DNA of 59,993 nucleotides, filler included, from Thelocarpon superellum (lineage: Eukaryota), in the NCBI GenBank assembly GCA_026025795.1. It is 3 parts of 3 records of this genome, joined end to end, with 100 filler letters (N's around TTAATTAATTAA, not from the genome) between each part and the next. Parts side by side here need not be neighbours in the genome. Positions count along the whole stretch, not along the records: positions 1 to 19,990 come from JAPEUG010000336.1; 2 more parts are not named here. The stretch is one strand, 5' to 3'. The position numbers and the translations under genes are program-made. The notes under the pieces are model-generated. The model was not told the DNA's origin. It searched no databases and saw nothing but the letters and a program-made list of their open reading frames with translations. Positions 1 through 11,983 of this stretch are shown piece by piece. How positions within the stretch are numbered: the stretch's first letter is position 1; every line of letters begins with the position of its first letter.

Positions 1-670
1 TTCATCTCAGCCTACCAAAGCGGCGCCTTTCTCAAAGACCCGGATAACAAGGGCAAGCCGCCTGCGAATCCCATGACGGACCCGGCGGGCATGGAGGCGA
101 TGATGGGCATGATGAAGGGGAACATGGCCATGATGATCCCCCAGACGCTTATCATGGGATGGATCAACGCGTTTTTCTCTGGTTTCGTCATCAGTAAGTG
201 TTGTGCCTTCGCCACCCTCCTCGCTCCGTCATCATCGTTCATCCACCATCCACCATCCACCACTGCTGCATCCTCCGTTGTCGGTGTCCGTCAGCAAAGA
301 ACTAACCAAGACGAACCAAACAGTGAAACTGCCGTTCCCGCTGACGATCCGATTCAAATCAATGCTGCAGTCAGGCGTGGGAACACGCGATCTGGACGTG
401 AGATGGGTATCGTCACTGTCGTGGTACTTCCTGAACCTCTTCGGGCTGCAGTCCGTCTTTTCCTTCATTCTCGGCAACGACAACGCTGCCAGTCAGATGA
501 GCGCGCAGATGGCGCAGATGAACCCTGGCGCGGCGGGCGCGGGCCTCTTCGGCCCCGGCCAGCACCCGGATAAGCTTTTTGCCGCCGAGGCGGAGAACCT
601 CGAGGTTGTGGACCATACTTGGGTTTGTGAGGGCGTGGAAGGGCGCCTTTTGGCTTCCTTGACGGCGTGA
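1..670 (+). CDS. EMC3: ER membrane protein complex subunit 3 (5'-partial); intron 194-323
   Basis: Motifs PANPMTDP..MMKGNMAMMIPQTLIMGWINAFFSGFVI|MKLPFPLTIRFKSMLQSGV..DLDVRWVSSLSWYFL; a GTAAGT..CTAAC..CAG intron joins the two frames; stop TGA 668-670. Confidence 0.95.
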
Positions 671-819
671 GGGCGTAAATCGCAGGTGGTTGTGCTGCAT
701 GGTGTAGATTTATCTCGTGTAGAATACGAACCCTTCATGATTTCTAAGTGTGTGTCTCTCTCTGTCTACGTCTGTTCGAGTCTGTATGTGGATGTGGACT
801 TGGATGTATGTGGTGACCG

Positions 820-3800
820 TCACCAGAGCACACCATCAGCGTACGTCCAGTCCTGATTGCTTCCACCTTTGTTCCCATTCACATTCTCATTTCCACTCGA
901 TGACCTCCCCCCTTTCTTGTTCCCATCCCCTTTTTGTCCCCCTTCCGTTCTCACGCGCCGTCGAGGATGGCCATGATTCCCAGATCCGACGTCATCAGCA
1001 CTTCTCACGAGCGCACGCGCAACGGTCCAGAGGGTCTCGAAGCCCGCTTTCGGAAGCACCGTCGCGCTTTCCCATGTCGCGCGCTGTCCTGGTTCTAGCG
1101 TCTCGTTCTCGCGCAGGAGGTGGATGCTTGTCGTGCCAGGTGGGGTGCTGCTTGGAAGGGCGGATGGAAGTGGAGTGGGGGGTATGGGAGCGGGTGTGGG
1201 CGTCAGATCAGGAGTGGGAGTGAGAATAGAAGCGGACGTGGAAGTAGGGTTGGGTGCTGGACTAGAAGTAGAACTCGGCGTGGAAGGCTTAGGCGGGCGA
1301 GTTTGAGGAGGTGCAGGTCGCCGCGAGGTTAAATGTATGGTCGGTGCGGGCCGGAGATGTGACGTGTCAACGATCTTCAGTGTAGGTGTAGGTTCCACGA
1401 CAGGCGCGGCGGTACTCATCAACGAGTGGCGCACGTGTGGCGGCATGTACGCCAATGATGGACGTTTGCGTGGGGGCTCGGTGGCGGGAGAGGCATTCGT
1501 ATGTGGCGGAAGAGATGGTGCGAGAGGGCCGGAAGTCGATTGGACTACAGACGGAAGGGGAATCAACGACACTTCGTACCACATTCGCGTCCCCTCTTCA
1601 CACTTGATCATCTCTGCAACGGGCTTTGCAAAAGCACGCAAGCCTCCTGGAACGGCTTTGCTCCGCTCCATCAATAGGTCCTGCACCTCAGTGATCTGGA
1701 GCCCAATATTGCCGTGTTCTTTGCTGAGATGGCACACCCGACGTTTGCAGAGCACTGATTGTACCACGAGCTGAAGCGGGGGCACGAGCACAAACAAGTT
1801 AGCTTCGCTGCTGCTTTCACTACACTCCGTGTACCATTAGACAGTGTCAAAAACGTCCCGACGGTGAGCACGTACGGGACGCATAGACTGTCCACAAGGG
1901 CTTTGGCCGACGCGCAATCAGCTTTGACTTTGCCTACTTTTCCTACCAGGCTCACGCGCGCATCCCAGCTCCTGACGAGGGTCAGCACGAGTCGGGAAAC
2001 CTGCCTTTTGGTCTGACCTCGTTGGGAAATGTGCATATCCGTCTCCAAACACTCTTGATGAAGTCCGCAACTATAGTGCATTAGCTTCATCTTCCCATCC
2101 ACTCTCCGTCACTCACCTCATGTTCGAGCGATTGACCGTTGACGACGATATCTCTATCACCCATCAGTACAGCTCGACCAGGGTCAGATCGGCCATACAT
2201 CTCCGCATTGTTCTCGTCCAAACATTGAAGCTCGTACGTGAGATCAAACGACTCGACTTCTTGGTCGAACATCGGCATATCATCTTCCGCAGTTGTATTC
2301 AAAATGCCCTCCATGTCCAGATGAGAGTAACTCAATCTAAGACGGTCAGCATCACAAACATTTCCACAAAGGAGAACCCATACATCGTTGTGAACGTCTC
2401 CTCAGGCGGCGCAGCATTGCCCTTGCCCAACCTCATTGTAGTCTCCCAAGTTGAGGCCAGAAATGGGCGGGTTAATGTCTCTGGAAGATTGATTAGGAGT
2501 ATCTGTCCTAGATCGACCTTCAACTCCAAAGCCCCCCGATGGGCTCGTGCCAGGTCCAACATCTCCAGGATGGCCTCATAAAGCAGATCGACGTTGGTAT
2601 CGGCCAATGCATCTTGAGGACACTTCGATGACGGCTGTTCAGCGGTGGATGTAGTGGCGGGTAGAGACTTGTGGGCAGGTCCCTTGGGTGGGGCTCGCTG
2701 GCTCATCGTGTTCTTGAACACTCGTGTTGCCACCTCGGCCGTCGCCTCCAACACCTCGATGATCGGGGTGTTGCCCCTAACGGATGGGACGTAATCCGAT
2801 CTGGGATACAACAGAGTGGACGCCGTCGCTCGATTCGTCGTTGGTTCCAATGGGAGCGAAAGTTGCAAGACCGAATCCTCAACACTCTTCTCCTTGACCT
2901 TGTCCTGTTTCTCCTCCCAAAACAGATCCAAAAGATCTTCTTCATTCCCGAATAATGGTCGGCTTGGCTCCTCTCTTTGAGTTGGCTCCTCCGGCTGACT
3001 TGGCTTCAGCGGCTGACTTGACTCCGTCATCTGCGTTAGCTCCGGCGACTCTTTCACCTCTACTGGTGACACCTACTCTTCCTCTTGCGTCACTCCTCTA
3101 ATCTGATAAGTCTCGATGAACTTCCGTCTGCTCGGCTTTGATTGCGTCTTGAGATCGGCCGCTGGCTCTGTCTCTTGGTTGAACCTACTAATATCATTAG
3201 CACTGCCTTTGGAAAGATACGAACGCCCTTACGCCATGGGATGTGAAAGATCCTGTCTCCGCGCATCGACCCATTTCTCTACAAGATCTACCCGATCCGG
3301 TCTCGCACTGGCGGCGTGATCCTTCGTCATCTTTTCGTCCGAAGAGACCATTCTTGCGGGAGTCGAGCCAGTGTAGGAGGACTTTCCGGGGTCTGTGGCG
3401 CATCTGGCCAACAAAGTCGGCTCTGATCCTAGCCTGGGGAAGGAGCAGCCACGCCAAACTTTCACCTGCGTCAGCAATCCCGCAGGGCGATGGAGTTTTT
3501 TGGTCAGCACTACCCGAGGCTCCACAGTGCGGCCGACGTCGTGAAGTGCGCGGGAAACGTAAAGACTTGGTGCTTGGCGTCTCAGGTCGGAGTCCGGGGG
3601 AAACATGGTCCGCTTCATCACGGGGTCACTTCGACTCGCCAGCGCACCCAATGTTAAGAATTGTACATGAACGTTCGCGGCATCAGCTTCAAGCTCCACG
3701 ACGTGCTTCCGGATGATCTGTGGCAACGCAATCTAGGCATGTTAAGTTTGTCCAAGAAATGAGAGGTCAAGATACCCACAAAGCGCTGCTCGATCTGGTC

Positions 3801-4655
3801 CAGCTTCGTCTTCGCATCGAGTGCGGACGCCTCTTGGTCTGTACGGATGCAAAGTAAACGCCTCGTCACGTCGGAGTCGATGATGCCTTTTGAAGATCGC
3901 GTCACGTCTTCAAGGAGCTCTTCTCCGTGGGCCTTGAGGGCGGATAAGGAGCCCGCAGGGAGCGACGAAGGCTTCCAATAGCACACAGGGGGAGAGGTCT
4001 CGACGGCATGCTCGACAGCGGGGGTGTCGGTGGGCTCCACTTGGGTGATGTAACCCAATGGCGGAGTTGTCGCGGTCTTCTCCGCGTCGACTCTTTCTCC
4101 TTGGACAAAATCCCGTGCAGATTCCTGTACAAGATTCAGATGAACAGGGGTCTTGGTGTGCGGAACAGGAACGAAACTGACCTCTTCTTGGCTTTGGCTA
4201 TCCCTTGCACGCTCCACGTAGTGTGTGATGACCTGGGTGATTCTGGCAAGATCACACGACCTCATCCCCCCGTCTGCATGTAGCTCAAACAGCTGTCGTA
4301 CAAGTCAGCGTGGTCTCCTTTCAGGGAGAACGATGCATACGTCTGTCACGTAGTTGTAGGTGATCGATACGCTCTCCAGACGTCGCGAGTCAGTCCTGGT
4401 CGTTCAAAACTGCGGAAGCAGTCTGGTTGGCACTTACTTGCGTCAGATCTAGAGAGCTGTGATAGACTTAGCGTTCGGAGTAGGGCGAGAGTGTCTCATC
4501 GCTCACCTAGCTTCCTTGACGATTTCGTGGATCTGTGAATAGGGTGAGTAGGAAGCACGGCGGAGGGCTGAGATGATGGTGGACCTTACATGCTGACGCT
4601 TCCACACGTACACTGTTGCCAGGGGCTGGTGGACTACCCCAGCGTTGGTACTCAT
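820..4655 (-). CDS. Uncharacterised multi-exon fungal protein (about 11 exons), with one in-frame TAG at 3073-3075
   Basis: ORFs 3654-4265, 3229-3726, 2332-3072, 2087-2335 and 820-1797 join in frame through canonical-looking introns (e.g. 3185-3232). Globular-looking blocks include LEMLDLARAHRGALELKVDLGQILL, GYAHFPTRSWDARVSL and WYEVSL..LRENETLEPGQRATW. The ATG at 4655 and the 5' micro-exons are less certain. Confidence 0.7.
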
Positions 4656-5948
4656 GACCAAGATGGCCTCGATTGGCCAACGAGGCAAAGCCAGAGGCGT
4701 GGGGGGGCGATGAAGAGGTAAAGAGGATCAAGTGCAGGGAAGAGCAGAAGGAGTTTCCACCCAGAGACCAACCGTTGTGCCTCGCTGGTTCATTTGGCAG
4801 GGAGTGTGCGTCCTCGGCTAAAGGGGGATGGGTGAATGGCTGGAGTCGCTGGCGGACGATCAACGCGACATCGCACCCAGCGTCAGGGCCAAGGTCCACA
4901 TCATACACTCATTGCGGGGGTGCATCGGAGGTAGACAAGTTAGTCAAACTGAGGCATGTGCTGATGTTACTACCCGTACGGTGGCAGAAGAAAGGTAAGG
5001 AAGGTGGCCTGGTCGGGTCGGCTCGTGCCCAGGTGCCAGCAGGACCCTAGAACGGAAGAAGGTATACTGTGACGGTCAATTGGACCGAATGATTCTCACT
5101 CTCATACCTGCTGCTCCTGATGATGCCGAATCAAGACGGCTCAGACAGGCAAACAGATGGTCGCAGATGACACAACGGCAGACATAAGTGAGAGTGCGGG
5201 GATGAGCATGCATATCACAGCCACCAACAATCAGTGATGCTCAGAGATCAAGACGCCACGGGAGGGGGGATGCTCGATGGCAAAGGTAGACCGAAGCCGG
5301 ACCCCAAACAAACGTAATGCGCTGACCGACGGTTTGATGACGGGTGAGTGCAGCTGCAGCGACATTTCGACGGCGGCGACAAGCGGCCAAGGAGGACGAG
5401 ACGTCTCCCTCATCATGAGTGCTGCGGCGAGCTGCATCGATCCACTCGCCCGGACAGCGTGATGAAGGGCGCCTGTTGGAACGGATGGTCCGGAAGAATC
5501 CACAGGCCTCGGTCTATAGCCAAGAAACACCTCACCTCATCTCACCTCACCTTACATCCTGCTGCGCGGATGAGTGCATCATCTGGGGTCTTGGGTCAAG
5601 ATGGGGAGGCAGATACCGACATAGACGAGAGAAGTGGAAGCAGCGGAAGAAGATTATGATAGCATTACAATTATACCCAGAATCGAAGAATGAACACCGG
5701 AGCCAGCAGCAAAGGAAACGCAGGTGCATCCAGGCCATCCAATGGCCTCGCCGCGCCAAGTACCCTTCCATACGGCATGCGAGATCAAGTCAAGGTCAGC
5801 CGCGACGCGCGCCCGGTGCTCCATGCCCGATGCCCTAAGAGAGCCCGTCCCCACGCTCAAACGCCGTGTCAATGCGGAGATGCTCCACCGCTGTGGTGGC
5901 GGATGGAAATGAACGTCACGATGCCTGCAGCTGCTCCTGTGCTGCATC

Positions 5949-7463
5949 TCACTCGGCATGCCTCACAAACTTCTTGACGTTGATCACATGCTTCATCTCG
6001 CCGAGGACGCGTAAGGTGTCTTCCAGGGCTTTGGTGCTGGCCACGTCGTTGGACTGAGCCCGCTCTCGCATGGCGCGGGTGCTCTCCTCGGTCTCGTACT
6101 TGAAGGTGGCAAACTCGGCGGTGATGGCCTCTTTGGCGACGCGCATCTTGTCCACTTCTTGCCGTTGCTGCTCCACCGTGATCTCGAGCCGATCGAGCTT
6201 GGCCCGGTCCTCGGCGCCCTCTTGGTTGACGGTGGCCAGGTCGACGCGCAATTTGTCGAGCTTGCGGCGGTAGTTGGCGTCCAGCTGGCGCCAGCTGGTG
6301 GACAGGACATCGTACTGGCTCGTGGCTTTCTTGGCCCGCTCGGCCTCCTCGCGGGCGCGGGCGCGCAGCTGCCGCTCGAGTTGCTCGCCTTCCTTGAGCA
6401 GGGCGCGCAACTGCGTGTCGATCTCCTTGCGCCGTGCCCGCTCGGCGTCCAGATCCGTGCGCATCTCCTCCATCTTCCGCTCTCGTCGGGCCAGGCTCGA
6501 TCGGTCGGCCTCTTGAATCTGCAGCAGGTTGTCGTTGGTCGTCTGCAGGCTCTCGATTTTGCTCCGCGTCATCTCGCCCTTGCGTTGCTCCTCCTCGCGC
6601 CGCAAGACCTCGAGCCGAAGCTCGCGTCGCAGCCGATCATTCTCCGCCTGCAGCTTCTCGATGACACGGCCAGACTTGCCCGTGGTGGCACGGCCCACGG
6701 CCGAGGACCATGTCGGCGATCCGACGCCATCGAAAGGCGACTTGTCGGCCAGGGACGAGACGGGCGAGAGGCGGGTATAGATGGGCAGATCGGGTGGGTG
6801 CGAGGACGAGGTGAAAGAGGTGCCCGTGGTCGAGGGGGAACGCGGGGTAGGCGGGTCGGCGAGGACGCCGTTGATGTGAGTCGAGGCGCCCGGTCGCTTG
6901 GGTGAGGGTCCATCTCGATCGAGCGCGGTGTAGCCATTGGCTGCAGGCATGTTCGGGGTGAAGATTTCATCGAAGAACAGTTTGGGGGGACCTGATGTGG
7001 CGTGCACTCCCGACGGTCAGCAGGGAGAACTTGAGGCCAGCGCCAGCCAAGAGCACACGAGAAACACCGAGTCGGGGGCACGTTGGGAGAGGGCGACCGG
7101 AGAGAGGATTGTTACGCCACGGCGACTGGCGACCGGCGAGAGGCGACTGCTCGACGGCGTTCGTCGAGGTTGCACCCTCGCTTGCCCGCAATCGGTCGTC
7201 GCTCACTCACTGTCGCCCAAGTTCGACGGAGCCACAGTCACTCCACTCGTTGCTCGCCTCGTCGGTCACCCTAATCACACTGCGCCACCGTGCACCTGAC
7301 TCGCGTTCTCGCCCTCGCTCTCGCCCTCGCTCTCGCCCTCGCTCTCGCTGCCTTGATGGCGCTGCGGGGGCTCACCCGTAGACTCACCTCTGCCGGCTCC
7401 CGCCTCCACGGTCAACGTGGTCATCCGCACGATCTCCGGACTTCCTTCACGTAGTTTCAACAT
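5949..7463 (-). CDS. SHE3: Coiled-coil protein, She3-like (SWI5-dependent HO expression protein 3 family); probable intron 6992-7387
   Basis: WSSAVGRATTGKSGRVIEKLQAENDRLRRE is followed by a long heptad coiled coil. A phase-1 GTGAGT..CTGAC..CAG intron links an upstream ATG exon. Family call is from memory of filamentous-fungal homologues and the start is uncertain. Confidence 0.6.
7307..7348. repeat. 12-bp tandem repeat (CTCTCGCCCTCG) x ~3.5 inside the She3-like intron
   Basis: Directly visible periodicity. Confidence 0.8.
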
Positions 7464-8197
7464 GGCGCTGTGGCGAAGGCGGCCGTGGTCCGCCGCGGAT
7501 TCAGACATACGCGCGCCACACCAGAGAACAACGGTGGAGTAGTCAACGCCTCGAGCGTGGGCGAGGCTGGTGAGAGGGGGGCGTCGGGCACGCTTAAGAG
7601 GGGTCGTCGTTGGGCATAAGACTCCTGTGACACAACGGTTCGAGATCTGGTGGGGAATGGAGACAACATGACACGTTTGAGATGCGCCACGGCGTCTGGC
7701 TGATGAGCCACCACACCTGCCGCAACTGAAACGCGATCGTCCCGGCAACTGATCGGCGACTTGGTCCGAGCACCGGGCTTCGCGCGCCACGACGCGCATG
7801 GATCGCCGCCCAGGGTAGTCGAAGTGATGGCAGGATGGGCTACCAGAAGATGAGCCACGCTCATCCTCCACCGCGTCGATTGACCGACATTCGACCGGCA
7901 CCGCAACTGCCGCCGTCCGTCCCATCGTCGCTTAGTTGGGATGATTCCAGGATCTGCAACTATTACTGGTAGAAACAGTGTCATAAGGATCTGGTCTACG
8001 CATCGCACTCGCGCTCACTGTGAACACGATCCGTACGGCCATTGCTACATGGTGTATGTCGGCGACGTCGTGGCGGGGAAATGACGACACCTGAGATACA
8101 GTTACAAACACGATAGGCATGTCGCTTGACGCGATTCTATCCAGAACGCCAAGCCATGCCTCGAGAATGGGACACATGAGATAGGGCAGAAGGGGCC

Positions 8198-10840
8198 TTA
8201 CGACGCCGCGGCCACGCCGTTCGTTGCCGGCATCGACGTCGCCGGCCGCAGCGTCGCATCCTCGCGATCAGTCGTCGCCGGGCTGATGGCGGATGGGAAT
8301 AGATGCGGCCGCCACTTGATGAGCACCTTGGCTGCCGACGGTCGCGCGTCCTCATCTGCAACCCATTAGCCTCTACTCCATCTCCACGCGGGGCCGAGAC
8401 GCGTACAATGTTCCCATAGGTCTTGCAGCGCGTCCAGAGCGAGATCCCGCGCCGGTGGCCGCAGCAAGACCAGGTAGTGTAGCGTGTTTACGGCCAAACC
8501 CACCCGCTCAGGATCGCGCGCCAGTCCTGTGACTCGCTCGAGGATGGCGGGATTGATGCCGGGAATCTCGGACAGGAAGCGCGTGAAGACCTTGTCCTTG
8601 GCATCCAGGTAGGGCAGCATCCCATCCAGCACCTTGAGCACCCATTTCTCGTACGATGGTGCCACCTCCTCGGTGCCCTTCGACGACACCCGATCATTGT
8701 ACCATTCCTCGTTGAGCCAGGCGATGGCCGTCGGGATCCGCGTCCGGAAGTCTTCGACGATGTGCAGATAGAGGGCCTCCCGGATCGACTGGCTCAGCGC
8801 CGGGACTCGCATGCGTGCCATAGCATCTACTCCCTCCAACTTCACCGGTACCGCGCCGTCGTCCAGGCCGGCTGTCGTACGCGTCGCCAAGCGCGTGATA
8901 AGCGTCGTCCAGGCGTCACGGTCGTAGCTACTTGCCGCCAGGCGATTGAAGCCCACCCGCCTGGCCTTGGCCGCCGATGGCACCTCCAACGTGTTCATGA
9001 CCCCAAATACGCGTGCGATCGTACCCTGGCCGAGACGCGAGCTCTCTTCCTCGCTCATGACCGGCGCCGGACCGAGCTTGAAGGGACGGAGAGCGGTCAG
9101 CGCCGACGTGCCCGACGGCTCATCGTCGAGCTTGTTCATGATCTGTTCGTCATCCTCGGCCGGTTCAAAGTCGGGCTCATACTCGTCGTCATCATCATCC
9201 ACCCCCGTCACGCCCGAGAAGGCGCCGTTCGCGGCTGCTTGTCGCTGTTGTTGGCTCACGGACTGCCATCGCAACTGGATACCCTGCGCATGTTCAAACT
9301 CTGGCCCACACCCGACCGAGCGCCCATGCAACATACCTTCGTGGCCTCCTCCAGCAGCCCCTTGTCTAGCCGGCGCAGTACGGTCAGAGTGATTTGCACC
9401 ACCATCTCCGCGGGCAGCTGTTGCACGTCAAAAGATGAGAGCGCCTCGTCGTCGGTGATGGTGTAGAGTTGTGCGTAGCTCGTAGGGCCCGGGGGGAGGG
9501 AGGGCACTGAGAGTCGGGCCGCGCCCAGCCGAGCGCGCTTGGAGGAGTCGAGGCCATCCGTGGGCTCGCTAGGGGCCGGGCGTTTCCGATGTGCATCGTC
9601 AAAGATGTCAATCCGTAGCCGCACCAGGCGCTCGAGGTATTGCTGGATGCGGCCTGCAAGAGGGCCCGAGGGGTTCCTGCTAGGAGTCAGAGACGGGAGC
9701 GAGCAAAGCCAGGACCTGACGCACTGCTTGTTGATGTTCACCATGAGGGCCCGCGTCGTACGCTCCATCGACCTTATGGCGACGCGCAGCTTAGGCGTCA
9801 TAGACGCGTTCGCCTGTTTCAGAGGGTTGAAGTTCAGGAGGGCCGAGATAATCTTGTTGGCGATGGCCGGCCGCGTTCGGATCAGGAGGGCCAGACTATT
9901 AAGGGTGGCGTTGACCACGATGGCATCGCTGCAGATCCGTCAGCGTCCCCTGCTCTCCTGTCGGACCCCAGACAGATGCTCCTCACCTCGCCTCCTCGAG
10001 GAAGACATTGAGCAGGCGATCAAGGAGCCCAGACGCCTCGGCCTCCAAGTTCGGTGGAGGAATGATAGGATGGGTGCGAGGTACCAGGGCCAGGGAGATC
10101 TCGTTCTGTTCGGGGCGCTGTGCCATCCATGAGCATCGGACGACCGCAGACCACGACGGGTGGACAGCATGGGCATACCCGGGGGTCGGCGATGGTGCCG
10201 GGCGTCTGTACGTGGATGACCCGCTGCACAAACTTGATGCAGCACACGCGGATCCCCACCGCAGCAGTGTCCCACATCTTGAGGATCTTAGACTTGATGC
10301 TCGACATCTGCTCCCATGATGCCGTTTCCGTGGGATGGGCAATTCTAGACATAGACGGAACCACGCATGAGAAATGACTTGTCGTAACGCAACGCAGCGG
10401 CCCCTCCACGAAATTCCGCTCGTTGATCCCGAGCCTTGGCTGTCTACGAGGAGGGTCGGGGGTGGGGGAGCGGAAACGGAACGCAGGAGCACCTACATGT
10501 GTCGGAAGATGAAAGGATAGATGCTCGAAGCCACCTGCACCACGCTCTTTAGCACCTCGGTATCCTCCTCAGGTGACTGTAGCGCTGCGACCAAGGTTTC
10601 CAGGACCTGGAGGCCGAGGGACTCTTTCTCCGGGGTGGGCAGGGTCGGACTGGCAAAGGTCTCGGCGAGAAAGTCGACGCCCCATCGTCGCAGCTCTACG
10701 CGAGCCCCGGTCCCAACGATGGGCAAGATGCCTTGGACGATCTGGGGGTAGTACGCGGCATCGCCGAGGACCAGCTTGCGCGCCTTGTCCAGTTGAGCCA
10801 GTTGGTCCGCGACCGACGCGTTCGTCGCCGTTGAGACCAT
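8198..10840 (-). CDS. PTA1: mRNA cleavage/polyadenylation factor subunit Pta1 (symplekin N-terminal family), about 7 exons
   Basis: QLDKARKLVLGDAAYYPQIVQGILPI, GIRVCCIKFVQRVI, NATLNSLALLIRTRPAIANKII, AIAWLNEEWYND and VFTRFLSEIP; exons splice in frame to TAA at 8198-8200. Confidence 0.92.
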
Positions 10841-11349
10841 GGCGATGGGCCGTGTTGGGACTGACTGCACACAATGTTCGATCAGAGGAGAGCGGCACGG
10901 CGCTCACTGGTGGCCCTAGCACTCCGGGTCGGGTGAGTTCAGTCCTTCCGTTGACGCGGGACCGCGCAAGGATCAATGTCATTCAACGATGACAGCGTCA
11001 TTAGATGGGAAATGGCGTGGAGGATGTGTGCTGGGGGTCGCAATGGTCTACTTCGAGGACGAGCAAAGAAAGGGCTACATGCACGAGTGCGCCAGGAACT
11101 TAAGAACGCAGGGCGACATCCTTTGTAAAGTACTCGTCGAGCGATGCGTGAGCGTATGACAAGGAACTGATGGCTTGTGTACGGCGTGCCTTAGCGTCTG
11201 GTGGCTGCTGGCGGCCAACGGCCCGGTCGAGTGTCCCTCGGAACGATGGGTTACGTAAGAAGGCGTCAATTGTACCGCTCTTCTTGCACCTCCTCACCTT
11301 CTATCCCAGACCTCAACCCTCTTACCCGGACGAGACTACCAAGGACGAA

Positions 11350-11736
11350 ATGGCAGTGTACGAGAGGTACCCCCGGATGATGCGCGATCAAATAAGGCTA
11401 ACATAACGGATCTGCAGCCTCCCACGATCATCCTACTACGACAAACACTATCGGCAGAGTGCCGCCTTGATTCGTGCTCGCCGGCCATACCTAGTCCGGA
11501 ACATAATCACCGGGACGGCCATCTTTGGATTTGCCATGGGCGTTTGTATGCCTACTCTTGCCCCTACCCTCCTGCTCTTGTCTTGCTCATGCCCAATCTC
11601 CCCAGATGCCTTCACCATCTCCGCCGTCGCGCAGGACGACTTTGACGACGTGCAAATCCCTGATGCCCCGTCACCGCCCGCCAAGACGCCCAATGTTGGC
11701 ACGAGCTCGGCGACTGGTGCACCGTTGGGGCGGTGA
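11350..11736 (+). CDS. COA3: Cytochrome c oxidase assembly factor 3 (small mitochondrial inner-membrane protein), 3 exons
   Basis: Spliced product MAVLPRSSYYDKHYRQSAALIRARRPYLVRNIITGTAIFGFAMGVYAFTISAVAQDDFDDVQIP matches the Coa3 pattern; GT-AG introns ~11358-11417 and ~11546-11605. Confidence 0.88.
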
Positions 11737-11778
11737 AGGGCCGGAAGGGCCAGAAGGGCCGGAAGGGCCGGAAGGGCT
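11735..11778. repeat. 9-bp tandem repeat (GAAGGGCCG) x ~5 starting at the COA3 stop codon
   Basis: Directly visible. Confidence 0.8.
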
Positions 11779-11983
11779 ACATGGGGGTTCATGATGTTTA
11801 ATGTACCAATGGGAGGCGTACGGAGCCGGCGTCGGCGTCAAGTTCGTTTCTTCCTTGCATTGATATGTACCATGTCGCCGGGCCTCGTATCCTACCAAGC
11901 GTCGGAGTAGGACGAGAAATCGTTAGGGGTCAGGCGTAATCCAACCGGCGACGGTTCGCGGAACGGGCGACGCGAAAGCCTTC

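Noticed and set aside
4260..4290. Apparent frameshift at a G homopolymer in the uncharacterised gene
   Set aside because: Recount gives six G, so LFELHADGGMRSCDL is in one frame.
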